The position numbers and the translations under genes were made by a program. A model generated the notes under the pieces. The model was not told the DNA's origin. It searched no databases and saw nothing but the letters and a program-made list of their open reading frames with translations. Below are positions 32,372 through 40,765 of a stretch of DNA of 64,000 bases, in pieces. Each line of letters starts with the position of its first letter. The stretch's first letter is position 1. Source of the DNA: an uncultured Moraxella sp. Lineage in GTDB: Bacteria > Pseudomonadota > Gammaproteobacteria > Pseudomonadales > Moraxellaceae. The stretch is taken from assembly GCA_943908405.1 (NCBI GenBank), contig CALTTE010000003.1, positions 2,685-66,684 of the forward strand, given 5' to 3'.

Positions 32372-33385
32372 ATGAACATCAATGACGCCATTGCCCTATT
32401 AGGGCAACCGATACACACGCCAGATATGGTGCAATTTTTTGAGCAGTATGGTTTTAAATACCCCAAAAAACTCACCAAGTCTGGTCATACTTCCGAGCCA
32501 ACTTTTTGGGTGGTGCATAAAAAACGCAAAATAGATTTGCTATTTAGCATTAAATGGCATAGCAAAAAATATCCGCCTATGCCAGCCGAACGCAAAAATA
32601 CTTTTTATCCCATATTAAGTCATATTCGCATTTATACCGATAAAGACATTGAAAATATGCCCTTTGGCTTAAATATGGCGATGTCTTTTGATGAGTTAAA
32701 ATCCACACTAGGCGAACCACAATTTAATCCTTATATTTTAAATGATGATAATTCACCACGCATTTATTTTTGGCTGATTGCCCTAGATGACGAAAAGCAA
32801 ATTTGCATTGAAATTGTTAATAAAGATAAGCTATTTGTGCCTGATATTTGGCTAAGTATTGTAGAAAATCAGCCCTTATTGCAATTTTGGTACCCAGAAA
32901 CAGGCGAAACATTTAACAGTTTTGTTAAAAATTTACCTTATGATACAACCATAGAGCATCAATTTGAACCGTTAAATCATTATAGTGTCAGAGGGCTATT
33001 CTTTTTGCGTTGGTTGATTGAAAATGAGTTTATTATTCAAACTGATGAAAATAAAGAATTGTTACACGCAGTTAAAGTAGGCGAAAAAGACATTTTTACA
33101 TTTTTACAAACCTTAGAAATGGGCTATGTGGGCGAGAATGACATTATTGTTGAAAAATATCGGGTGATTTTTGATTATATTCATAATATGAACCACGATG
33201 TGCCGTATTATGGCGATGATATTGAGACTTTATTTTTAACGGCTAATGAATTAAAAAGAACCAAACAAAATAAAAATTGGTTAAATCCTGATAAGCCACT
33301 CAATGAGCGAGTGATTTATAATGAAGACAATTATCAAAAAGTCAAAGCAATGTTGGATAAAAAACTTTTAAAACACAATGCGTGA
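32372..33385 (+). CDS. Hypothetical protein (AT-rich, inserted between era and recO)
   Basis: 337-aa ORF with a GGAG RBS; its stop overlaps the recO start; no family recognised. Confidence 0.8.
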   Translation: MNINDAIALLGQPIHTPDMVQFFEQYGFKYPKKLTKSGHTSEPTFWVVHKKRKIDLLFSIKWHSKKYPPMPAERKNTFYPILSHIRIYTDKDIENMPFGLNMAMSFDELKSTLGEPQFNPYILNDDNSPRIYFWLIALDDEKQICIEIVNKDKLFVPDIWLSIVENQPLLQFWYPETGETFNSFVKNLPYDTTIEHQFEPLNHYSVRGLFFLRWLIENEFIIQTDENKELLHAVKVGEKDIFTFLQTLEMGYVGENDIIVEKYRVIFDYIHNMNHDVPYYGDDIETLFLTANELKRTKQNKNWLNPDKPLNERVIYNEDNYQKVKAMLDKKLLKHNA

Positions 33386-34163
33386 TGAGAACCTGACAGG
33401 TTTTGTACTTCATAGCCGTCCTTATCAAGAAAAGCGGGCGATTTATACTTTTTTTAGCCGTGAATGCGGTCTGATTGACGGCGTAAGCGTGCGTGGATTG
33501 CCTTTATTTTGTGAGATGAATTTATTTGCCATAGGCAAAAACAGCCTAAAAGCTTTTAAAGAACCTGTTTTGTCAAACAATACCAACATTGCAATAACCG
33601 CACCGTTTTTGCAATATGCGTGTTTGTATTTAAATGAGCTGATTTATCGGCTTTTTGCCAAAGAAGATGATATGGGCGTGCTTTATGACAGTTATAAACA
33701 GGCTTTATTGGCGATAAAAAACTTGCACAGTCAAAACAAACAAAATCAAGATAAACTAAGCCAAAATCAAGATAAACTAAGCCAAAAACCGCCAAAAACC
33801 GATTTAACCCAAAAAATTAAACCTATTTTACGCCAATTTGAAAGGGTGTTGTTTGATGTGCTCGGTGTGTCTTTTGATTTTGACAAAGACCATTTGGGGC
33901 AAAAGTTTGTGGCAAATGGCGTGTATGGTTTTAAATTGGAACAAGGCTTTGTGCGTGTGTTTGACAAATTTGATACAGGCATATTGACAGGGCAACAAAT
34001 CACACAAATGGGGCAAAGCGTGGCAAATTTGGATAAGGATTTATTAAATAAACTTGCGATTTTGCACAAAATGTTGATTGATTTTTTGTTAGAATATAAG
34101 CCATTAAACAGCCGAAAACTTTGGCAAGACCACCAAAGGCTTGTCAATATACAATCTCATTGA
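33378..34163 (+). CDS. recO: DNA repair protein RecO
   Basis: GFVLHSRPYQE, LYLNELIYRL, LRQFE, KPLNSRKLW; rnc-era-recO-pdxJ synteny. Confidence 0.88.
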   Translation: MRDENLTGFVLHSRPYQEKRAIYTFFSRECGLIDGVSVRGLPLFCEMNLFAIGKNSLKAFKEPVLSNNTNIAITAPFLQYACLYLNELIYRLFAKEDDMGVLYDSYKQALLAIKNLHSQNKQNQDKLSQNQDKLSQKPPKTDLTQKIKPILRQFERVLFDVLGVSFDFDKDHLGQKFVANGVYGFKLEQGFVRVFDKFDTGILTGQQITQMGQSVANLDKDLLNKLAILHKMLIDFLLEYKPLNSRKLWQDHQRLVNIQSH

Positions 34164-34244
34164 TACAAACGGATTGATACAAATAAGTCAACCCAAATCA
34201 ATTAACACAAACCGCTTTAAAGGTTAAATCAAAAAGGACAAGCG

Positions 34245-34976
34245 ATGAATAGCGTAAGACTTGGGGTCAATATTGATCATATTGCCACATTAAGAAATGC
34301 CCGAGGCGTGTCTTATCCTTGCCCTGTTGAGGGGGCATTGGTGTGCCAAAGGGCAGGAGCAGACGGCATTACCTTGCATTTGCGTGAAGACCGCCGTCAT
34401 ATCAAAGACGCCGATGTTTATGCCATCAAGCAAGCGATTGGCATTCCAATGAATTTGGAGATGGCTACCACCGATGAGATGCTTGCCATCGCTTGTGATG
34501 TACGCCCCCATTGGGTGTGTATTGTGCCTGAAAAACGTGAAGAAATCACCACCGAGGGCGGGCTTGATGTGGTCAAAAATCACCATTTGCCAGCGTTTAT
34601 CAAAACCTTGCAGGCCAATGGCATTAAGGTGTCGCTATTTATTGACCCTGATACTGCCCAAGTCAAAAAAAGTATTGAGCTTGGAGCGGACGCCATAGAG
34701 TTGCATACGGGTGCCTATGCCACTTATGGGCTACAAGATAATCAATCGGCACTAACAGAGGAATTAAAACGATTAAAGGCAGCGATTGTGCTAGCGACAG
34801 CCCAGCCTAATTTTATTGTTAATGCAGGGCACGGTTTGACTTATGACAATGTCGCCCCCATTGTGGCTCTTGGCGGTATTTATGAATTAAATATCGGTCA
34901 TAGCTTAATTGCTGATGGACTTTTTCTGGGGCTTGAGCAGTCGGTCAAGCGAATGAAACAAAGAATAAGCGAATAA
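34245..34976 (+). CDS. pdxJ: Pyridoxine 5'-phosphate synthase
   Basis: LGVNIDHIATLRNAR, HLREDRRHI, ELHTG, NAGHGL, ELNIGH. Confidence 0.98.
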   Translation: MNSVRLGVNIDHIATLRNARGVSYPCPVEGALVCQRAGADGITLHLREDRRHIKDADVYAIKQAIGIPMNLEMATTDEMLAIACDVRPHWVCIVPEKREEITTEGGLDVVKNHHLPAFIKTLQANGIKVSLFIDPDTAQVKKSIELGADAIELHTGAYATYGLQDNQSALTEELKRLKAAIVLATAQPNFIVNAGHGLTYDNVAPIVALGGIYELNIGHSLIADGLFLGLEQSVKRMKQRISE

Positions 34977-35237
34977 AGCAAAGAATAAAATAAGTATTTT
35001 ATATGACAATTTAGGTGGTTTTATCTAAAATTGTGTAATGATATGTATATTTTGACAAATAATAGTTGTCAAATCCATAGCAATTAAGGTAATATTAACC
35101 ATCTTAACTGGATTTGATGTTTGGTCAATCACTAAATGTTAAATTTTGTTACAATTTTGCAGTGTCATTGGCATATTGCTGTGCTGGTGGTATAATTAGC
35201 AGAATGTTAGTGTGTATCCATTTTATCGGAGAAATTT

Positions 35238-36611
35238 ATGAAATTAAACAAACTTGCCTTGGCAGTCATCAGTGTTGTTGCCCCTGTGGTGGCCACTGCT
35301 GGTGTAACCGTCAGTCCATTGCTATTAGGTTATCATCATAACCTAGATGCCACCGCAGAACAACAACGTGCCGCTTTAAACTTAGGCACAAATGCTGGTG
35401 CTCCAGTTGCTATTGATGGTCAATTAAGCACAACCAATCCCAACGGCATCGCAATGGGTGACAACCTATATAAAGGTGCTGCTATTGGTGTTGAAATCAC
35501 CCCAGCGACTCAAATTCAAGTAGAGTATGGTGTGGTCAATACTCACGAGAAAACCCAATCTGGTGTTAATTTTGCTAATAAAATGGATTCTCGTTACAAC
35601 ATTGACCAAACAACCATCAGTGCCAACGCCTTAATTGGTACCGAAGAGTTCACAGGTTATAGTGATAGCGACTTTAAACCTTATGTGTTAATCGGTGGTG
35701 GTCAAACCAGTATTGATGTTAAAACCAGAAACCCAATTAATACAGCTGTTGCACCAAATACAGCAAATTCAGGTATTGCAGTTGCGGTCAATAAACAAGT
35801 TGGCGATATCGTTAATAACCTTGAAAGCAAAAAAAGTATTATAGGTAATGTTGGTGTTGGTGCACGTTATTTGGTTAATGATGCTTTGGCATTACGTGGT
35901 GAAGCACGTGCCACTTATAATTTTGATAATAAGTGGTGGGAAGGATTGGGGCTAGCAGGTCTTGAGGTTACCCTTGGTGATCGCTTAACGCCAAGTGTAC
36001 CTGTACCACCACCTATTGAGCCAGTTGAACCACCGCCTGTCGTTGTTGTACCGCCACCACCACCTGTCGTTGTTGTACCACCACCTGTACAGCAAGTTGA
36101 AGTGCCTGTTTTGGATAGCGATATGGACGGCGTGCCAGATAATATGGATGCCTGCCCAGGTACACCACGCAATTTGGTTGTTGATGCTCGTGGTTGCCCA
36201 AGACAAGTTGAATTGGTTGATGATCTACGTTTAGAATTGCGTGTGTTCTTTGATAATGATAAGTCAATTATTAAGCCACAATACCGCAATGAAATCGCTA
36301 AAGTAGCAGAGAAAATGCGTGAATATCCTAATGCAACCGCAAAAATTGAAGGACACGCTTCAAAAACTGGTCCATCAGCACGTTATAACCAACGCCTATC
36401 TGAAGCTCGTGCCAATGCGGTTAAATCAATGTTAAGCAATGAATTTGGTATTGCATCAAACCGCTTAAGCACCATTGGTTATGGTTATGATCGTCCGATT
36501 GCACCAAACAACACCGCAGAAGGTCGTGCTCAAAACCGCCGTGTTTATGCAGTGATTGAAGGCGACAAAACCACGATTGTAAACCAAACAACCGATATGC
36601 AAGTACAATAA
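35238..36611 (+). CDS. OmpA-family outer membrane protein (Moraxella OMP CD-like)
   Basis: Signal peptide, beta-barrel, Pro/Val-rich linker, DSDMDGVPDNMDACP repeat, OmpA C-terminal domain (IEGHAS, NQRLSEARA, GRAQNRRV). Confidence 0.93.
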   Translation: MKLNKLALAVISVVAPVVATAGVTVSPLLLGYHHNLDATAEQQRAALNLGTNAGAPVAIDGQLSTTNPNGIAMGDNLYKGAAIGVEITPATQIQVEYGVVNTHEKTQSGVNFANKMDSRYNIDQTTISANALIGTEEFTGYSDSDFKPYVLIGGGQTSIDVKTRNPINTAVAPNTANSGIAVAVNKQVGDIVNNLESKKSIIGNVGVGARYLVNDALALRGEARATYNFDNKWWEGLGLAGLEVTLGDRLTPSVPVPPPIEPVEPPPVVVVPPPPPVVVVPPPVQQVEVPVLDSDMDGVPDNMDACPGTPRNLVVDARGCPRQVELVDDLRLELRVFFDNDKSIIKPQYRNEIAKVAEKMREYPNATAKIEGHASKTGPSARYNQRLSEARANAVKSMLSNEFGIASNRLSTIGYGYDRPIAPNNTAEGRAQNRRVYAVIEGDKTTIVNQTTDMQVQ

Positions 36612-36647
36612 GCGTATCTGATGGATTACTGATTGGTTTTATAAAAT

Positions 36648-36675
36648 AAAAACCGTCCTAATTGGGGCGGTTTTT
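36648..36675 (+). terminator. Terminator after ompA/CD
   Basis: AAAAACCGTCCT-N4-GGGGCGGTTTTT. Confidence 0.8.
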
Positions 36676-36809
36676 GGATTTTTGGTTGGTTTGTTTTATT
36701 TTTGAATAAAAAGCGTGTTATAATGCACAGCTTTTGTTAAATTTGAGTAATCTGCATAAGCGTTACTTTAATATAAGCGTTATTTTAAACTTTGATTAAT
36801 TGAGTATGT

Positions 36810-38654
36810 ATGTCAAATTCTATTAAAAATCTGCGTAATATTGCGATCATTGCCCACGTTGACCACGGCAAGACCACTCTTGTGGATAAATTGTTGCAAC
36901 AATCTGGGGCATTGGGCGACCGTGCTGGTGAAATTGAACGAGTAATGGATTCTAATGCCTTAGAAAGTGAGCGTGGCATTACCATTTTGGCCAAAAATAC
37001 CGCCCTTAAATGGCTGGATAAACGCAGCAATACCGAATACCGTATCAATATTGTTGATACGCCAGGGCACGCTGATTTTGGTGGTGAAGTGGAGCGAGTG
37101 TTGTCAATGGTGGATTGTGTGTTATTGTTGGTGGACAGCCAAGAAGGCCCAATGCCCCAAACCCGCTTTGTTACCCAAAAGGCCTTTGCTCGTGGGCTAA
37201 AACCAATTGTGGTGATCAATAAAGTGGATAAGCCTGCTGCTCGCCCTGATTGGGTGATTGATCAAGTATTTGATTTATTTGATAATTTAAATGCCACCGA
37301 TGAACAACTGGATTTTCCCATTGTTTATGCCTCTGGCATCAATGGCATTGCAGGGCTTGAGGCGGATAAGCTTGCTGATGATATGACGCCCTTGTTTGAA
37401 ACAATTGTTGATGTGGTGGAGTCGCCCAATGTTGATGTTGATGGGGCGTTTCAAATGCAAATTTCAAGCCTTGATTATGATAATTATAAAGGCGTGATTG
37501 GGATTGGGCGTATTCAGCGTGGCTCAGTGAAAACCAATACGCCCGTCGTTGCTATTGATAAAGATGGCAAAAAACGTAACGGACGTATTTTAACTATTAT
37601 GGGTTATCACGGTTTAGAGCGTGTTGAGGTGGATTCTGCCCAAGCGGGGGATATTGTTTGTATTACCGGCATTGATGGTTTGAATATCTCTGATACGCTG
37701 TGTGACCCCAGTGAAGTTGAGGCATTGCCTGCTTTATCGGTAGATGAGCCCACCGTATCGATGACTTTTCAGGTGAACGATTCGCCATTTGCTGGGCGTG
37801 AGGGTAAGTTTGTTACTTCGCGCAACATTCGTGAGCGTCTTGAGCGTGAGCTGATTCATAACGTTGCTTTGCGAGTGGAGGATACTGATAGTCCTGATAA
37901 GTTTAAGGTTTCAGGACGTGGTGAGCTACATTTATCGGTATTGATTGAGAATATGCGTCGCGAGGGCTATGAGCTTGGCGTGTCTCGCCCACAAGTTATC
38001 GTCAAAGAAATTGATGGGGTAATGTGTGAACCTTATGAAAATGTTACTTTTGATGTGGAAGAAGAACATCAAGGGGCGGTAATGCAGGAGATGGGCAACC
38101 GCAAGGGTGAGCTAACCAATATGGAGGTAGATGGTAAGGGGCGCATGCGTATTGAAGCGGTTGTGCCTTCTCGTGGCTTGATTGGTTTTCGTTCGGCGTT
38201 TTTGACGATGACCTCAGGGACTGGCATTATGACCTCTAGTTTTTCGCATTATGGTGAAATCAAGGGTGGTGCGATGTCAGGACGTCAAAATGGCGTGCTA
38301 ATCTCTATGGTTAATGGCACGTGTTTGGCTTATGCATTGTATAGCCTGCAAGACCGTGGACGGCTGTTTGCTAAGCCACAATTGGAGGTGTATGAGGGTA
38401 TGATTGTGGGCATCAACTCTCGCTCTGATGATATGGTGGTCAATCCTACCAAAGCCAAGCAGTTAACCAACGTGCGTGCCTCTGGTACTGATGAAGCATT
38501 GACCCTAACACCAGCGCTGGAGTATACTCTAGAGCAGGCATTGGAGTTTATTGAAGATGATGAATTGGTTGAGGTTACCCCCAAGTCCATTCGTATTCGT
38601 AAGCGTTATTTAACCGAAAATGACCGCAAACGCTTCGGTCGCAAAAAAGACTAA
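36810..38654 (+). CDS. typA: Translational GTPase TypA/BipA
   Basis: RNIAIIAHVDHGKTTLVD, DTPGHADFGGEVER, GRGELHL, EVTPKSIRIRK. Confidence 0.99.
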   Translation: MSNSIKNLRNIAIIAHVDHGKTTLVDKLLQQSGALGDRAGEIERVMDSNALESERGITILAKNTALKWLDKRSNTEYRINIVDTPGHADFGGEVERVLSMVDCVLLLVDSQEGPMPQTRFVTQKAFARGLKPIVVINKVDKPAARPDWVIDQVFDLFDNLNATDEQLDFPIVYASGINGIAGLEADKLADDMTPLFETIVDVVESPNVDVDGAFQMQISSLDYDNYKGVIGIGRIQRGSVKTNTPVVAIDKDGKKRNGRILTIMGYHGLERVEVDSAQAGDIVCITGIDGLNISDTLCDPSEVEALPALSVDEPTVSMTFQVNDSPFAGREGKFVTSRNIRERLERELIHNVALRVEDTDSPDKFKVSGRGELHLSVLIENMRREGYELGVSRPQVIVKEIDGVMCEPYENVTFDVEEEHQGAVMQEMGNRKGELTNMEVDGKGRMRIEAVVPSRGLIGFRSAFLTMTSGTGIMTSSFSHYGEIKGGAMSGRQNGVLISMVNGTCLAYALYSLQDRGRLFAKPQLEVYEGMIVGINSRSDDMVVNPTKAKQLTNVRASGTDEALTLTPALEYTLEQALEFIEDDELVEVTPKSIRIRKRYLTENDRKRFGRKKD

Positions 38655-38666
38655 TTGGATTAAGTG

Positions 38667-38703
38667 AAAAAATAGCTATGGCAAATTGCGATAGCTATTT
38701 TTT
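38667..38703 (+). terminator. Terminator after typA
   Basis: AAAAAATAGCTAT...ATAGCTATTTTTT inverted repeat. Confidence 0.75.
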
Positions 38704-38737
38704 GTGGATTAAATGAATTAATAAGATTGGAATGATT

Positions 38738-39211
38738 ATGAGTATTGTTCAAGAATTCAAAGAGTTTGCCATCAAAGGCAACGTGATGGATTTGGCGGTC
38801 GGTGTGATTATTGGTGGGGCATTTGGCAAAATTACTACCTCGCTTGTTGAAGATGTGATTATGCCGATTGTGTCGGCAACGGTTGGTGGACGCATTGATT
38901 TTAGTAATATGTTTATTGTGCTCGGTGAGATTCCAAATGGTGTGGCTAGAAATTATGAGGCATTGAAATCGGCAGGGGTGCCTGTATTGGCCTATGGTAA
39001 TTTTATTACTATTTTTATCAATTTTATTTTACTTGCTTTTGTGGTTTTTATGCTGGTTAAGGCAATGAATCAGTTACGTCGTCAAGCTGAGGGTAAGCCC
39101 GCTGAAGACATTGAGATGGTATCACAACCCAAAGAGGAGGTGTTGCTACTGCGTGAAATTAGTGCCAAGCTCGGCAAAGGCGTGGATGATAAGATAGATA
39201 ATACAAGATAG
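38738..39211 (+). CDS. mscL: Large-conductance mechanosensitive channel
   Basis: EFKEFAIKGNVMDLAVGVIIGGAFGKI, YGNFI, EEVLLLREI. Confidence 0.97.
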   Translation: MSIVQEFKEFAIKGNVMDLAVGVIIGGAFGKITTSLVEDVIMPIVSATVGGRIDFSNMFIVLGEIPNGVARNYEALKSAGVPVLAYGNFITIFINFILLAFVVFMLVKAMNQLRRQAEGKPAEDIEMVSQPKEEVLLLREISAKLGKGVDDKIDNTR

Positions 39212-39282
39212 ATAATATCAGTGATAAGGCAGAGCAATAATGACAGCAAGAGTGAATTTGATGAGCTTAAGTTAGTATACCC

Positions 39283-39322
39283 AAAATAAAAACTCACCAA
39301 ATGTACGGTGAGTTTTTATTTT
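39283..39322. terminator. Bidirectional terminator between mscL and the convergent gene
   Basis: AAAATAAAAACTCACC-N8-GGTGAGTTTTTATTTT. Confidence 0.8.
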
Positions 39323-39333
39323 TGTATTGCTTT

Positions 39334-39385
39334 TAAGGGTTTTTGATGACTACTTCACCTAAGGGTTTTTGATGACTACTTCACC
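39334..39385. repeat. Exact 26-bp tandem duplication of a gene 3' end
   Basis: TAAGGGTTTTTGATGACTACTTCACC at 39334-39359 and 39360-39385. Confidence 0.95.
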
Positions 39386-39760
39386 ATTGGTATTGATAAC
39401 TACCTCTGAGGGTTGGACTACAACAAAGCGTAATTCCGCTTGCGGGTCGTTTTTTAATTTGAGATAGTTATCATAAGAAACGGTGCAACCATTACAACGT
39501 TGTAGGGCATACCAAGGCTCTTCAACCAATACTCTGTGCGTTTCATCTAAGCTGTCCGATGCCAAAGAAAAAGGAATGGCAGCGATATAAGCAGCAGTAC
39601 CCAAGATTGCCCCTGCCAGTTGTAGTGGCTTGCCAATGGCAACATCGGTAAGCGTGCTACCATAACTTGGACCGTAGCTAGTCTCATCAATTTCAATAGC
39701 AGCAAAAGTAGGAGTAATTAGGCTGATACTTAAAGCACAGGCAAGTAGTTTACGTTTCAT
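39359..39760 (-). CDS. Hypothetical exported protein
   Basis: AAGGA RBS, Sec signal MKRKLLACALSISLITPTFAA, internal hydrophobic segment and a CxxC (RCNGC). Confidence 0.8.
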   Translation of the reverse strand: MKRKLLACALSISLITPTFAAIEIDETSYGPSYGSTLTDVAIGKPLQLAGAILGTAAYIAAIPFSLASDSLDETHRVLVEEPWYALQRCNGCTVSYDNYLKLKNDPQAELRFVVVQPSEVVINTNGEVVIKNP

Positions 39761-39879
39761 TGTGTTGTCCTTACAACAGAATCTAAAAGTTAATCACTAT
39801 TAAACCAATATCTTATTAAATTATCAAGTGATTTTGGATAAAAGGGCAAAAAAATCGCTAATTTGCTTGCCGAAAATCA

Positions 39880-40764
39880 TCAAACTGCTATAAAAGGCTG
39901 ACAATTTGGACAAAATACACTAGCACGCCCTGTAATTTTAACATTATTCAGTGGCGTTTGACAAGTCCTGCACGGCTGGTTTTGTCGCCCATAGACATTT
40001 AATGTCTGCTGAAAATAACCAGTTTGGTTATCACCCACGCTAAAGTCTTTGAGGCTAGAGCCGCCAACGGCAATGGCTTTAGCTAAAATGATTTGGATAT
40101 ATTCGGCAAGCTCATTGAGTTTGTCAAGGCTTAATAGGTGGGCTGGGGTTTTGGGGTGAATACCCGACAAAAATAAACTTTCGCTGGCATAAATATTGCC
40201 TACCCCCACCACAATGGCTTGTTCCATAATAATCGCCTTGATGGGGCGATGGCTCGGTCGCTGATTTTGATGGATTTTGTGGTGCAAATAACCGCCATTA
40301 AAGCCATCGCTTAACGGCTCAACACCCAGTTTGGTTAAGTATTTTAAGCCATCGTTCGCCCACATCACCATACCAAATCGCCTTGGGTCGTGATAGCAAA
40401 GATAGCGTATGGGTGCGTGGTGTTGGGTGGGTGGGTTGGGCTCTGTGTCAATTTGGCTATTAAAGGCAAAAATAACGTGGTCGTGCTTGCGTGGGGCGAA
40501 ATGGTCGCTTTGCCCCAAACTGCCTGACATACCCAGATGAATGAGTAAGGTGTGTTTGTCTTGGCGCTGATTGGGGTTAACAAAATCCAAGAGTAAATAT
40601 TTGGCACGGCGATGAACGCTTTTGAGTGTCATTCCAATCAAGGGTGTTAATGTTGGGATAGGCTCACGCAAGCGTTTGCCTGACACCACAACATCGGTTA
40701 CTGTGTTGCCGATTAGGGGTGTCAGGCTGGTTTTGGTGGTTTCAACTTCAGGTAATTCTGGCAT
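39880..40764 (-). CDS. mutM: Formamidopyrimidine-DNA glycosylase
   Basis: MPELPEVET, RRAKYLL, HLGMSG, DPRRFG, GVGNIYASE, C-terminal C4 zinc finger. Confidence 0.98.
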   Translation of the reverse strand: MPELPEVETTKTSLTPLIGNTVTDVVVSGKRLREPIPTLTPLIGMTLKSVHRRAKYLLLDFVNPNQRQDKHTLLIHLGMSGSLGQSDHFAPRKHDHVIFAFNSQIDTEPNPPTQHHAPIRYLCYHDPRRFGMVMWANDGLKYLTKLGVEPLSDGFNGGYLHHKIHQNQRPSHRPIKAIIMEQAIVVGVGNIYASESLFLSGIHPKTPAHLLSLDKLNELAEYIQIILAKAIAVGGSSLKDFSVGDNQTGYFQQTLNVYGRQNQPCRTCQTPLNNVKITGRASVFCPNCQPFIAV

Positions 40765-40765
40765 A

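Noticed and set aside
35995..36090. Pro/Val repeats in OmpA/CD and the overlapping alternative-frame ORFs
   Set aside because: A proline-rich linker is normal for this family, and the other frames are shadows of the repeat.
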